A stretch of 64,000 bases of DNA. Source: Catajapyx aquilonaris (taxonomy: Eukaryota). The stretch covers positions 1 to 64,000 of the forward strand of contig JYFJ02000814.1 in assembly GCA_000934665.2 (NCBI GenBank). Reading direction: 5' to 3'. The notes beneath the pieces were generated by a model. It worked only from the letters and a program-made list of their open reading frames with translations, was not told the origin of the DNA and made no database searches. Numbering within the stretch: the stretch's first letter is position 1; every line of letters begins with the position of its first letter. Below are positions 36,820-54,757 of this stretch, in pieces. The translations under genes and the position numbers were made by a program.

Positions 36820-39800
36820 TCATGATAGAAATGTCCTGACTGTCCCCTTGATGAGCGTTCTACATAGCGGACAGTCTTTGAGTGCAGGGGCACACAATAT
36901 GCATGAAATAAGGTGTCCACATGGCAGGAAAACCACGCCAACCTCCTCGTCCATGCATATCTTGCACAGCCGAGCTTCTTTCAGTCGACGGTTCTCCTCC
37001 TCCAGCCAAGATGCTGTAACAAAGATAAGGATCAATCATACTGGAGTGTAAGACTGAATCAATGGCCAGAATCTGGTTCAGTGAGACCAAGGTCTGGCAT
37101 CTTAACAGAAATCCAGTCACAACACATTAAGAATGAATGGCTCAATAAACCAGGGCCAAAGTCCAAAGTCCAAAGTCCAAGAGAGGGTCCAAGACAGGAT
37201 TCAAGGGAAGCTCCTCATGAAACTATAAACAGCACCTGTCTGGATGTCCTTTTCCGGCTTACATCAAGTACAGAGAATCAGTAACTAATATAATTACTTG
37301 TGACTTGTTAAAGATTTAATTATTCTTCTCTACCGGCACATTCCATTATCGTCCGAATGTATCACTTGAATAAATATATTCCACTCAGTTGTAAGCTAAC
37401 TCATGTAGATTGTTGTCGCTATATTTTGGCATGTGTGTTGCAATTTGTAATGATGTGAAACCGGATATCATATTCATATGCATCCCAGTAGAGTCATGAT
37501 AATGTGCTAAAAATGTGCAGGATGTCTCCCAGTATAGACAAAGGGCTGGTATTCCATTCATTTCCACCCTTGGTTTAGCTCACTGCTAAAGAATGTCACT
37601 GCACGTGGTGAAGAAAATAGACGCCAGCCATGATAAGTATGGGAAATACCAGATAAGCTGGGTCCCACAGGCGCCAAAAGTAATTCAACACTATCAGTCC
37701 GGAAGTGCAGCTTAATGACACAGGGCTGGTCAAGAGGGGAAGTCTTTAAACTTTGGATGGTGAGTCAGACCGGACCTTTGACTTTCCTAGACTTAGACAT
37801 ACCATGGGCATTTAAAAAGTTTTAAGGATGGATTAATTTATCTGGAGCACAGTTGTGCCACCACTGCTTAGACAGGCATTTCAGTGTGTAACTGTACCTC
37901 TCTTTTCTGTGTCCTTCTTTCCTAGTTCCTCCTTGGGCTCGGATGAGACTGTAGAGGCTTTCTGAGGTGGTAGAGGTGGAAGCGACATGGCAGGTCGGTC
38001 ATCCAGTGACCAATTTTCAGTTTCCTCCACTTCAATGGGCACTGACATGAGTTCATCCCGCTCTGGTGGGGTCGGCATCATGATCTCCTCCTCTTCCTCT
38101 TCATCGTCCACCTCCTCTTCTTCCTCAGAGGAATCACTGGTGTCAGGATCACTAGGCTCTTCATCTGACCACCTCTCTCTTGGAGGGGGAGCACGATGCA
38201 GGACTTGCTCCTCCCTTGCTGGTGAGCCACTGTGATGCCGCATTGACATGTTAACCATGCAATTATGATTACATTAAAGAGGTGGACTTACTGATCATCA
38301 CGGTCATCCATGAAGTGGACCTCCTCTTGCTCAAACTGAAGGTCGAGTGCTGCACCCACCAAGGCGTCGGATGTAAAGAAGGGCAGTCCTGTCTGGCGCA
38401 TTTTGGCACGAAGGACAGCTTTTATTCGCGATGGGTCCATCCCCATCTCCAGTGCACTCTGGAATTTGAATGGTCATGTAACTAAATCATGAGAGAATAT
38501 GACTGAAATGGTATGAATGCAGATTTCCATGTCAAAATGGAGTAAGTGGCAGGCAGATGTTATTAATTGCTAGCAACATCACAATACATAACACATGTGT
38601 TGAGATGTTGAACTCATGGTAGGTAAGTCATGAGGAGTCTACACCTAACCTGAGCCAAAGTTGTAACTTGTATTTACTTTCAGAAGATACGACATCACAT
38701 CAGATTCTACCCTGCACAAATTTATAGCTCCAACACAGCCTGTGAAACACTAGTGCAGACAGAGAGCATGGGCATATTTCTTCCTTTGCTAGGCATTTCA
38801 CATGCAGGCATATCTTTACAAAGTTTTCCTTCTCTTGCTTATCAATGCATAGGTTAAAAATGTGTGCAGCAAATGCTTCCAAGGATATACAGTAGCAGGT
38901 GTGATAATGCTGGAGTTGACTATGACTTGAGGCTACTGACTTCCTCATCACATGCCCACTGCGATAATCAAACTGCACTTGCACTTAGCTGCTCTAACAA
39001 ATGACAACATTAGTTTTGCAACATGAAAGACAGGGAGATACATATCAACGTCCCGTACTTCCTCGACAGATTATTGGCTTGGGAACAAGTTGAACCATCT
39101 GTGATATCAACAATATTAACAAGACCTTTGCCTCGCCAAACTGTTCGAGTACAAGACACACAGTTTTCATTTTAAAAAGTCTCCTGCCCCCATACCTCCA
39201 GGCCATGAACTGTCATGTAGGGTCCGACCCTAGTCTCTAAAGTACTGTAATATGTTGGTCATGTTTTGGTCTCATCTTGAAATAGTGTTGGTAATTTATT
39301 TGTTGACTAAAGCTCATTAATTAGCTCACCATTACAACTTGTGTTCGCATCAGACCATTTAATTCTTCTTCTGAAACTTCCCTCATTGTGTATGGCCTTC
39401 CACTTGGCGATGCTTCTGGATTCGCATCAGAGGGTTCCTATAAATTCATTGCATGATATGTGAACATTTCGCTGGCACAATATTCTGACAAGGTAAATTC
39501 CCACTTGAAAAGAAATTCACTACATCTTAGATAATGCTTTTGTACACCATGCCAATGTACCGGGGGAAAAAACTTGCAGGAAAGTTCTGTGAGTGATGTG
39601 ATAAAACAAGCAAAGGCAGTCTTACAGCCTTACAGCCGTCTTTACCTACTGATAATAAATGTAGGGCAAAAATAGAGTGGGGAATTCCTTTCAGGTGGGA
39701 TTTCCACTGCAAGATTTAAGATTTAAGATTGTGGTATCGATATTAAAGCTGACACTGCATCATAGAATTGCTTTGGAAACATTACCTGCAAGTCAGGAGT

Positions 39801-42318
39801 ATGCCCAGGAGGAGGCACAGATGGAAGCACAGGCGGGTGCTTATCCACAGCCTCCTTCACAAACTCCTCCCCCTTCACGAGGAGCAAGAAGGCGCAGCGG
39901 CTAAACCACCTTGCATGCTCCACCCAAGGATCATCATCTTGGTCCCAGTTCCGGAGACCTCCATCGCAATGAAAGCACTTCACATGATCACTTACCCCTA
40001 CAATTAGGAAGATAAATGTTAAGCTCCTTTTCCATGAATGGCCCTCGAACTAGTTATTAAAATGTACCTGCGTAATAAAATCCGGCTTCCCCCAGTGTTT
40101 CTGGTTTCTGGTTCAATGAAACAGGCCATCCTCTGAATGTCCTGAGACGAGACTCATATGTGGCAAAGTTGGGGTGCCGAGGACCACGGTGAGTTTTAAT
40201 TCCCAGACCCTCCAAGCTTTCACCATTCATTAAGCCATTTATATTTAGCTGGATGTTCTGGAGAAGCTCCCGAGCTGGAAGAGAGTAAATAATGGTGCTG
40301 ATAAAGCCCAATGTAATGTTCAGCTCATTTGTTGAAATGGAAGTACACTGCATTAGTATCTCTGTTTACATGATATCAAATACACCAATGGTATCAAGCT
40401 TAAGGGATTTAAACTTTCCCTGGCTGTAACTCAAAGGATTACAGCACTGATATTTTATCTCAGTACTGAATGTATGAAAGGCGGCAATTACATCCATACA
40501 GCGATGCCCGATCTACAGCAATAGGCTGAGGCAAATGCGACATTAAGCTATTCCTTAAAATACTCGGATGGTATAAAATAAGAGAGACTGCCACACATTC
40601 TAGTCTTTGTAATCTGACATGTTGCATTTTTTAAATTAGAATAATCATTACATATGACCAGATCAATCATTTCAGCATTTTCGTGCCAATGTGAAAGAAA
40701 ACAGACGCCAAACTTACTTTATGATACTGCAACATTTACATTCCAATTCAAAGAAAAATACTGAATGCAAGATATTGAGATGAACAAAATTTACATTTTA
40801 GTAATGTTAACTTTACACTGTAATTCAACGAAATAATAACACACCCATGATAAAAGAAACACTGACTTGAGATGGAAGCTGACTAAGCACACAAGGATCA
40901 ATACGTCTGGAAGGTAGGGAAAAGTCTATGAGGATGAAGTATCCAAAGGACATTGGGAAAATACCCAAGGCATTGGGAAGTCCCAGGGAAAGTCATGGAA
41001 TTAATAGAAAACCTGGATTATCCAGGATGCACTCATCAGATGATTTTTTTTGTCTGGAGAGAAATTGTTAATGTGAGTACCAGGTACTAACATGTAACAT
41101 GACCACAAGGAAGCGGTGCAGCTGAAAAAAGACAAACCCAGATTGCAAGCGAGCAAAAAAAAAAAAAAGAAACAACACATCCAGGTGTGATAGAATGCAT
41201 CGTGGGTACAGTACAAGCTAGAGATAGGTTACAATACCCTGTCTGGTAGATGATGTAATCTATAACCTTGTCTTTAACACCAGAAGCAGACTTTCATTTC
41301 GTACAAATATCAACTACATTGGTAATACTTTTCACTGGCATTTTACAAGATACGTGACAACATTTTCAGTACCTTTCTGATCATGGTTTGCATGTCAATC
41401 TCGCTATGTGAGGTTTTATATGGCCTCAGCCGCCGTTTGATTAAATATGCAAAAATCAGCTTTCCTCTAACCAGGATTAGATGACATACAGCAGAAGCTG
41501 CAAATATAACTTAACAGCCATTGAAATGAAAAATATGGAGTGGTTTTAATGACCACACATAAAGAATTACCCTTATCGGGAGGTGCATTTGGCCTCCTTG
41601 CTGCAACGGCCAGTTGCGGTGCCACTGACGGCTGTGGCTCACTCTGGCCCTGCCTGGAGGGTCCAGCTTGGTCTGTGGGAGCCTCATCAACACGCACATT
41701 CCCAACGGGGAGGTTATTCATGAAGGGGCAGTTGGGAAAGTGTCTGAGATGCTCTCTGCTGGGCACATCCCCTTCCTCCCACTCTCCGACAGTCCCATGG
41801 CAAAACGCACACCGCACTTTGTCTCCTTCCTTCAGGTAGAAGAACCCCGCTCTGGCCAGTTCCACCCTCGACACAAACATGTGTGGCCACCCCTCAAAGG
41901 TCAGCAGGCGCTCCGACTCTCTCTTCAGCGACTCCATATCCCGCCAGGTCTTGTGAGCACCGTGGCCACCATCGACCCTGTCCTGCGGCCTCCCCTGCAT
42001 GGCCGGTATGTTCCCGCTGGTGTGCGGATCCAACACAAAAGCACATGCGGGGCTAGCGTTCCTGTGCCTGGTCATCACCTGGTCCCCATGCTCCCACTGG
42101 GTGATGCGTACCCCGCATGAGAAACACTGCACCAGGTAGTCCCTCCCCATGTAGAAGAACCCCCCTCTGGCCACCCTCTCCGCATTGACAGGCGCATCCC
42201 CGGGCCATGTTGCAAACGTTGCAAGGCGGCGGCTCTCCTGGTGCATCTCAGGTGCATCTGTGATGTCGCTGGCGGAGCGTGGCCGCACAGATATGCAGTC
42301 GGCCGAAGTGCGTGACAT
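36820..42318 (-). CDS. Inhibitor of apoptosis protein (IAP-A): 3 BIR + UBA + RING, cIAP/DIAP2-like architecture
   Basis: Exons 42318-41571, 40274-40068, 39997-39786, 39437-39330, 38458-38292, 38229-37898, 37013-36820. Three canonical BIRs, UBA ([12 protein letters not shown]...DALVGAALD), acidic linker, canonical [44 protein letters not shown]. Confidence 0.93.
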
Positions 42319-43473
42319 GTTTCTACAAGCGGCCAGCTACCATTACGACAAGTGCAATGCCAGGCTGTGCCCTGCCGCTGTAATGCCACAATACAAGTGG
42401 GGCTTCTGCCCTAATGTTACAACCAGCTGTAACCATGCATCTAGGTGCCATACTCAGACCATTGCGACAAACATCTTGCTCCTTCTTCTGTGCATGTAGT
42501 GCTCCGTACACTGGTACTCTCCCTTGGTGTGTGTACGTACACGGACAGAACACGGAAGTAACGCGGAATTCGTGCTGTAACCTTCGCTGTAACGACACGA
42601 TCACACCGTACACCTGTGTGTGGGTATTTAAATGGAACCTACTAAATGTAATTATGGCCGTATGACTTTTGGTGCATTTAATGAGTACTGTGTGTACCGT
42701 AAATAATTTGAGAATATTTTAATGTGATTCTTTGAGTGGTCGCTCGCCAGAGGGGACTGTTGGCTACACTGCTGGGCGCGGAATATGAAATTGGGATTAT
42801 TGTTGTGCGGGGGAAAAATTGATTGCTGAAATGATTTCATGATGTGCTTTAACCTAATTAATGGTAATTAATGTTCTTTCAAATTTTAAGATCCTCAATT
42901 CAAATTAAAAAGTAAAGTAACCTTCTCTAGGGACCTCTTACATAATAACATCTCAGTTGCATTTTTTTTTACGAATTACGTCATGTTGGCACTAATTTTT
43001 TCTAATAATTCTATGAAATATTATACTGATGAAAATATTGCACTTTGTTATTAGCAGGTGTGTTGTATGCCTACGTGTAGAAATCTATAATGAGGTGCAA
43101 GATGATGTCATATTTGTAACACTGCTATTGGAGTTTGCTTAATAATGACGATATTGGTCACATCATTATTTTGACCTTCAAAACACGGTGGATTAGTTAT
43201 GCAAATTAAAACAAATAATAAGCGTGGGTATGGCCAGGCTAATTGAGATGACTAGAAGGAATGGTCCGAGAAAAAGCAATAAACAAAGTTAAGTGAATCA
43301 TAATAATTTTTTGCGGGCAAACACGTCAATTGCGCAAAGTCTGTGCCCATCTTTCCAACAACAGTAAACAACACCAGTAAACAACACAAGATGTGGTTGC
43401 ATTTTGTTAGAAATGTTTATTTAACAAGTTGTACACTCCATGATGGCAGACCGGCCCCAGTGGGCAATGTCGC

Positions 43474-43881
43474 CTACCAGTAGTGGGCACCATAGTGGGC
43501 ACCATATGCGATGGGCAGAGGAGCAGCTGCATAGGTCCTGACAACAGGGGCATGGTAGGTCTTCACCACAGGGGCGGCCACGGCCACCGTCTTCACCACT
43601 GGAGCAGTACGGACCACAACAGGGGCAGCCCTGGTGTAACAATTAGCCACATTAGTATAGTTTCTTACTTATAAAAGCAGGTTACTTATAAAAGCAGGTT
43701 ACTCACCTGTACACTATTGGAGCAGGAGCTGAGTACACCACAGGGGCAGCAGAGAGGAAGCCTGGCTCAGCAGCGGCCATGGCCATCAAGGCAGCGATTA
43801 CCACCTGAAACACCCATTAATTAAGACCCAATCTACCTGTACAGTACACTGTATACACTGTACACTTACGAGCTTGAACAT
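43474..43881 (-). CDS. Small low-complexity cuticle protein with AAP(V) repeats
   Basis: Exons 43881-43870 (MFKL), 43804-43707, 43630-43474. Product: MFKLVVIAALMAMAAAEPGFLSAAPVVYSAPAPIVYRAAPVVVRTAPVVKTVAVAAPVVKTYHAPVVRTYAAAPLPIAYGAHYGAHYW. The 4-codon first exon is typical of arthropod cuticle genes. AATAAA near 43415-43421. Confidence 0.9.
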
Positions 43882-43960
43882 CTTTAGTGTTGTGTGTAAA
43901 GAGTTGTACTGTTGAAGATGGTTGGTGCGTTTCTGTTGAGTGCTGGAGCAGGAGATGGGC

Positions 43961-43967
43961 TTTTATA
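43961..43967 (-). promoter_or_regulatory. TATA box of the cuticle protein gene
   Basis: TATAAAA on the minus strand about 80 nt upstream of the ATG. Confidence 0.7.
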
Positions 43968-46900
43968 GGGTTGGTAGGAGCTTGACCACACCTTGGTGTC
44001 CATGAGAAGGTCAGCTTTTTGAACAAGAGAAGAGGTAACTTGCTGGAGGTGGAGATTGCGGATGGAATCTACAACTTACCCTTAGGGCTGGCTCATTCTT
44101 TTTTATGTTCCAAAAGTGGTCTACCTTGTAGGTTTCGGCAACTTCTTTTGCCCCCGTTTGGTATGGGGGGTGGATTCACGAAAAAGGATGAAGGTTAACA
44201 TCTCCGGACCTTTACACGCACTTGGAACCAGCAGTGTTTCGAAACAAAAATTTTGGTCAAGAAACTAGAGTGACAGAAGCCACATATCAACATGTGAACT
44301 AGACTATCAGGAGCCTCCAGAAGGCCTACTGCATACCTCATTGTCGACAGGTTACAGGAGCCAAAGAGTATCTTACATCATGGGGGAAAGTAAATTGAGA
44401 AGGACAGTTTGTTGTGTTTACATACTCCAAAACAACCATAGTCAATTTGGGTTTTTGCACATCCAGTATGACATACACCACTTTCCAAGGCTCACCTTTT
44501 TTCTTTGTTATTAAGTGTGCAATAATGGAAGACACCTGTCAGTATGATTCTAATTTATGGCAGCATTACTGTGTTACAATCCGGGCTATAATATTTTTTC
44601 GAAAGGTCAGTTCCGCTTATACGATGAATGTTACGCCCAGCACGTCATTTTTCATTTTTACCAAACATGCAGTAAAAAAAAGTGCAAGGTATGTTTCCTC
44701 TTTTTGACCTTCTTCTGGCACGATTATTGTTGGTTAGCTCCTTCATTTCAGAAGCAAAGGCCAATGCCACGTGAACTTTAATAAGAAGGCGCAGGTGTAA
44801 ATTGCCATGTTTTAAATCAATGTACATAGACTGGAGTAAAAAAATGCCTTTCACTTGAAAGCCCTGCTAGTTGCTATAAAAATGTTCAGGATAGTATCAG
44901 AGTATAGTGCACCTAAGAGTCGTAAAAGTGAATGAATAAGTCCGTTATGTGCAATGTTGAGATAGGAAACTATCGAACTTGAAAATCGTATGTAACATTA
45001 CTATTTTGTTGCGTCAGTCGCAAAAGGAACTTGCCAAAAGCTCCTAAGGCCATGCTTTTTAAAATGTGAAAGGACAATTTTAATTTAATAACCGACGTTC
45101 TGAGATACAACCAAGGACTTCTACTGTTTCCTAAACTATTCAGGATGTCCTGTAAATGGTAGCATTTTCAAGGGCCACAAGGCCAAGAAACCGACTCTAA
45201 ATGGTTCGGCAGTCTTAGTAGTTTTTGGCCTGTACGTATAGGGAGTGGCCTGTGGGCGTATGATTTCTTTTTAAGGAGAGTTTAATGAGCCTTGTCTAAT
45301 ATCAGTAGGGAAATATTATTCTTATAAAAAATCGACCTAATTGTACTTCTGAAACTATTTTGAAAGTCGAAATATTTGCACTAACAATATTCTGAATAGT
45401 TTTAATTTGAAAATTTACTTGCATAATTATGTTGTATTTTTTTTGTATATTAATGGGCGTCTCCATCACTGGCTACATTTGTGATATGGCGAAATAGTGG
45501 TGTTGCTGCTGTTGTCTGTTGATGAGAAATTCCAAAATGAATGAGAAAGTGGTTTTTGATATTAGCTTAAAATTGACATGACATGTGTGAAAGCGAAATC
45601 CGCACACATTTGTTCATTCCACGTATTAAGGGTAAGGTTAGGTTTTTGCAATTTGGGGTGTCTCCTTGACAGAGAAAAAGTTACGATCTCACTAATGAGG
45701 CCGTGAATGAAATGCATAATTTTTTTTGCGAAATAGATCAACATTGTGATTCAGTGTGGATAAGCCACTGTTTGATCAAATAGTGTCAGGTAAACAGTCT
45801 ATCATACGTGCTATTATTAATATTCATACACAATGGTTGAGAGGGTTTATCTTAACTGTTTTCAACATTGATAATACTGATAAATTAATGAAATAGTCTG
45901 ATGATGGTTGACAATAATGTAAACACATTATTGTCGCCCATATTGCAGACATCCTTCAGATATTTACGGGAAGCCATCTTCACAAGTGACTTTTCAAGTT
46001 TTTGCCCCCATAATTTCGCAGGCGTGGAATTCATGTCATTCATCCAGTCCTTGGCCCGGTTTATACACACATACTTATTGACCCAAGTATTGACCAATAT
46101 GAAAATGTCACTGGCGCCAATAACGTGATATGAAACGGAAACGTGACAAACATCAGGTGTCGACATAAAAGGTCAGTAAATGAAATCAACTGGCGCCAGA
46201 CTGTCGTATCACTATTGATACAATCACAATAATCTTGTCAAATTACAATTCAGTGACACATTATTTTGCACCAGGTGTCACAAAAAAAACTATAGGGTGT
46301 GTACCTGAATGTTTCCGGTTGGCTAATTAGCAACGAGGGCATTCCCACCCATTAGCGACCGATTGAGCAAAAATCCGGATTGAATCGTCAAGGTAATCTG
46401 GTCCTATAATTTCACTTAATTTCTCCTTAAGTGTCCGACATACCCTCTTTCTGACGCAAGCCATACATCAATGAGACCCTGATGACGCTTCTTTCTGACC
46501 ATGAAAAGTCCATGTACAGCGCCCCCCTCTGGTGCTCAGGGGTCATCAACTTTGGATCCACGAAACAAAGGGTGGTCCTTCCTGCATGAGTTCAAGGGCC
46601 GCTGACCACTCTTCTGATCCGGATGCAAGGCTGATTCGGTCACGGAATTGATATAGGATATTAGTAGTCTACTATAGATCCTTGGTGTTAAATGTATAGC
46701 AGGTTCTATGACCTTTTGAGATCGTGAAATATTATCTGTAGGCGTGACATTGATTGGTCAGCAGCAGGATGTAGGACGTTGAGGAACCGTTACTTCCTCT
46801 TGCGTATCTACCAGGAATTTGCGGCAATGATTAATTCGTCGGTGATTAGTCACAGTATGGTTCAACTGCAACAAAGAACCAGGAAAGGCCAATTTATCAT

Positions 46901-47930
46901 ATTTTATTTATTAATTTTTGGATCAATAATTCCAGTTTTCATAGTCCAGCCATGTATACGCCATCAGTATACTTTGTCACTCTGTAAAGTGTTGACCGAT
47001 TTTACGTTGATTAGAGTTATTTGTGTTGATATTGAAGGCCCTATCGTGATGAGTGATGATGACCATTGTCTACTACACTTAAAATGCAAAAAACACATAT
47101 CTTTTCTGAGGTCTACATGTTGAAAAGCACGCTACTCTTACATGTCTGTTTTGTTATCAAGGCATTGCTGATCACTAATATTGTACTAAAAATTCATATT
47201 AAAAAATCCACCCTTATTATTTTCTAAAGTGCATGCATATAAGTAATGCCTTAGAACGCACGAAGTTTGAGAAAGTACGATAAGAAAATTTAAATAAAAC
47301 CTGTTGCTCCTATAGATCATAATATTACCTGTATGAGATGAAGGAAACATCAGTGTCCTCCGTGTCCTCTTAAATAGTTAAAACAAAGTTATGCGAGGGC
47401 ATATTACAAGTCGCTTAGAAATGATGGGCCAAGGGAATGTCGAATGTGAGAGGGAAAATAAATATGTCACCCCCAGCATTATCACTATGTACAGTACGAT
47501 TTTCAAGGCCTACATGCGGCATCCTACTTCTTTTATTATGGCCTAGATTGGCCTAGATCAGTAACTCTGAGTTTTAGAAATAACATTCTACGTCAATGAA
47601 TTCTATTCATTATATTCAAACCCGCGCTAGAATAGTCTCATTTCAAGTAGTTCCCGCCGCCGCCGACAGAGGTTACCTGATAGCTCAGCAGACGGCAGCA
47701 CCATCGCACACCTTGATTTAACATTTAAGGAATATTATACGCGTAAGTAACAACGCAAATTCTCCCATGCAATGTGCAAAACGTATTGTACGGCAGCCTC
47801 TTTCCGGACATACCATCCGAATCGGATAATATGAAACGATGAAAACGTGCGAGCCGTTCATAGCGTGTGCTGAGAGGTGCGAGCAGGTCCCTCGTCGGAA
47901 TGACAAGGCAGGAGGTGCAGCTAGGAACTC

Positions 47931-48094
47931 ATACTTACCTGGCACGGGACATACCTTGATCACCAAGGCGGTTGTCCCAGGGCGAGGCCCTTCCATTGCA
48001 CTGCGGTTGGGTTGACCCCTGCGATTATCCCAAATGTGGATAACTCGAGTGCGTTATTTCTGGTAGTGGGGGACTGCGTTCGCGCTAACCCCCG
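47931..48094 (+). ncRNA. U1: U1 spliceosomal snRNA
   Basis: 5' ATACTTACCTGG, SL1 loop GATCAC, SL2 loop ATTGCAC, Sm-like site ATTTCTGG, SL4 GGGGGACTGCGTTCGCGCTAACCCCC; 164 nt. Confidence 0.97.
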
Positions 48095-48434
48095 ATCAAC
48101 CAATCAAAAGACAATCATTAACCTGGCCTGTCAATCCGGTCGATCTGACCCGACCCGACCCTGGCTTTCACCTTGACCTGACCTGTGTCGAGAGCCGTAG
48201 CCCGTAGGCTAAGTAGGCTACTCCCAAGAACAGTACAACTGTTCGCTGTGTTTGTCTGCGTAAAGTTTTTTCTGTATAATAATAAAAATATTATTTAATC
48301 ACACCCTGGTGTCTCTGCGCCTCTTTGATAATTGTCAAAAAATTAAGCAAATAATTAATCAGAGAGCTGCTATCCCGTCACTGGAGGGCAGCATCGTCGT
48401 GCTCTTCACTTTTTCTTCAGGAGTTGGGAGCAAG

Positions 48435-54072
<5,638 letters not shown>

Positions 54073-54442
54073 GTATGATGGATCCACCTTGGAAATGAAG
54101 TATGGAACACAGGCTGCATAACCCTGACCTGCATTTAGCCTCAATATGCTGTTTCCACTCTACTTGCCACATGCAGGCTTACTGCAAGGGACTGAACAGA
54201 CAAGGTATTAAGTGTACAAAAGGAGGCACATTTACAAGTGCTACTGCTTTGGTTTGAAGAGTCATTATTTTCATATACTGTTTTACAAGGAATTGCCAGT
54301 AGCACAGCCTCCAATGACAGTATCGAATGTTGGTATTTTTGAACGCAGTAAACCTGTGTGTATAACATGTGGCATGCACTAGACCTGTGATACTCATGTA
54401 GAATCAGAAACAGCCTGAAATAAATGCAGTGAGAGCAGAGAC

Positions 54443-54757
54443 ATGTGCAGCATTTCTTCTCTCTGGTTTGTCACCAGGAGCGACCCACCTCTTGCGTCCT
54501 CTGACCTGCCAACGCTCACCCTAATGACTAAGGTCCCTTGCCCTCTGTGTGATGAGGCCAAAGCTGCTCTTCAACCTCTGAAGGGAAGATTCCATCTTGA
54601 GGAGGTCCACATCGATGCTCCAGACCACCAACACTTGTACAAGTTGTACCGATATGAAATACCAGTGTTTTTCCTGCAAGGGCAGTACCTTATGAAGCAT
54701 CGGGTTGATATAGAACTGTTGGAGTCGAGACTGAGAGAACTGGAGGAGCAGAGATGA
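54443..54757 (+). CDS. C5orf63: Glutaredoxin-like protein (C5orf63/YDR286C, DUF836 family); 5' end unresolved
   Basis: LPTLTLMTKVPCPLCDEAK...YRYEIPVFFLQGQYLMKHRVD matches the family. Strong acceptor ttcttctctctggtttgtcaccag at 54477 (phase 2). AATAAA at 54788. Confidence 0.88.
   Translation: MCSISSLWFVTRSDPPLASSDLPTLTLMTKVPCPLCDEAKAALQPLKGRFHLEEVHIDAPDHQHLYKLYRYEIPVFFLQGQYLMKHRVDIELLESRLRELEEQR

Noticed and set aside
46330..46650. Coding-like minus-strand stretch
   Set aside because: Interrupted by stops and not assignable; probably a TE relic.
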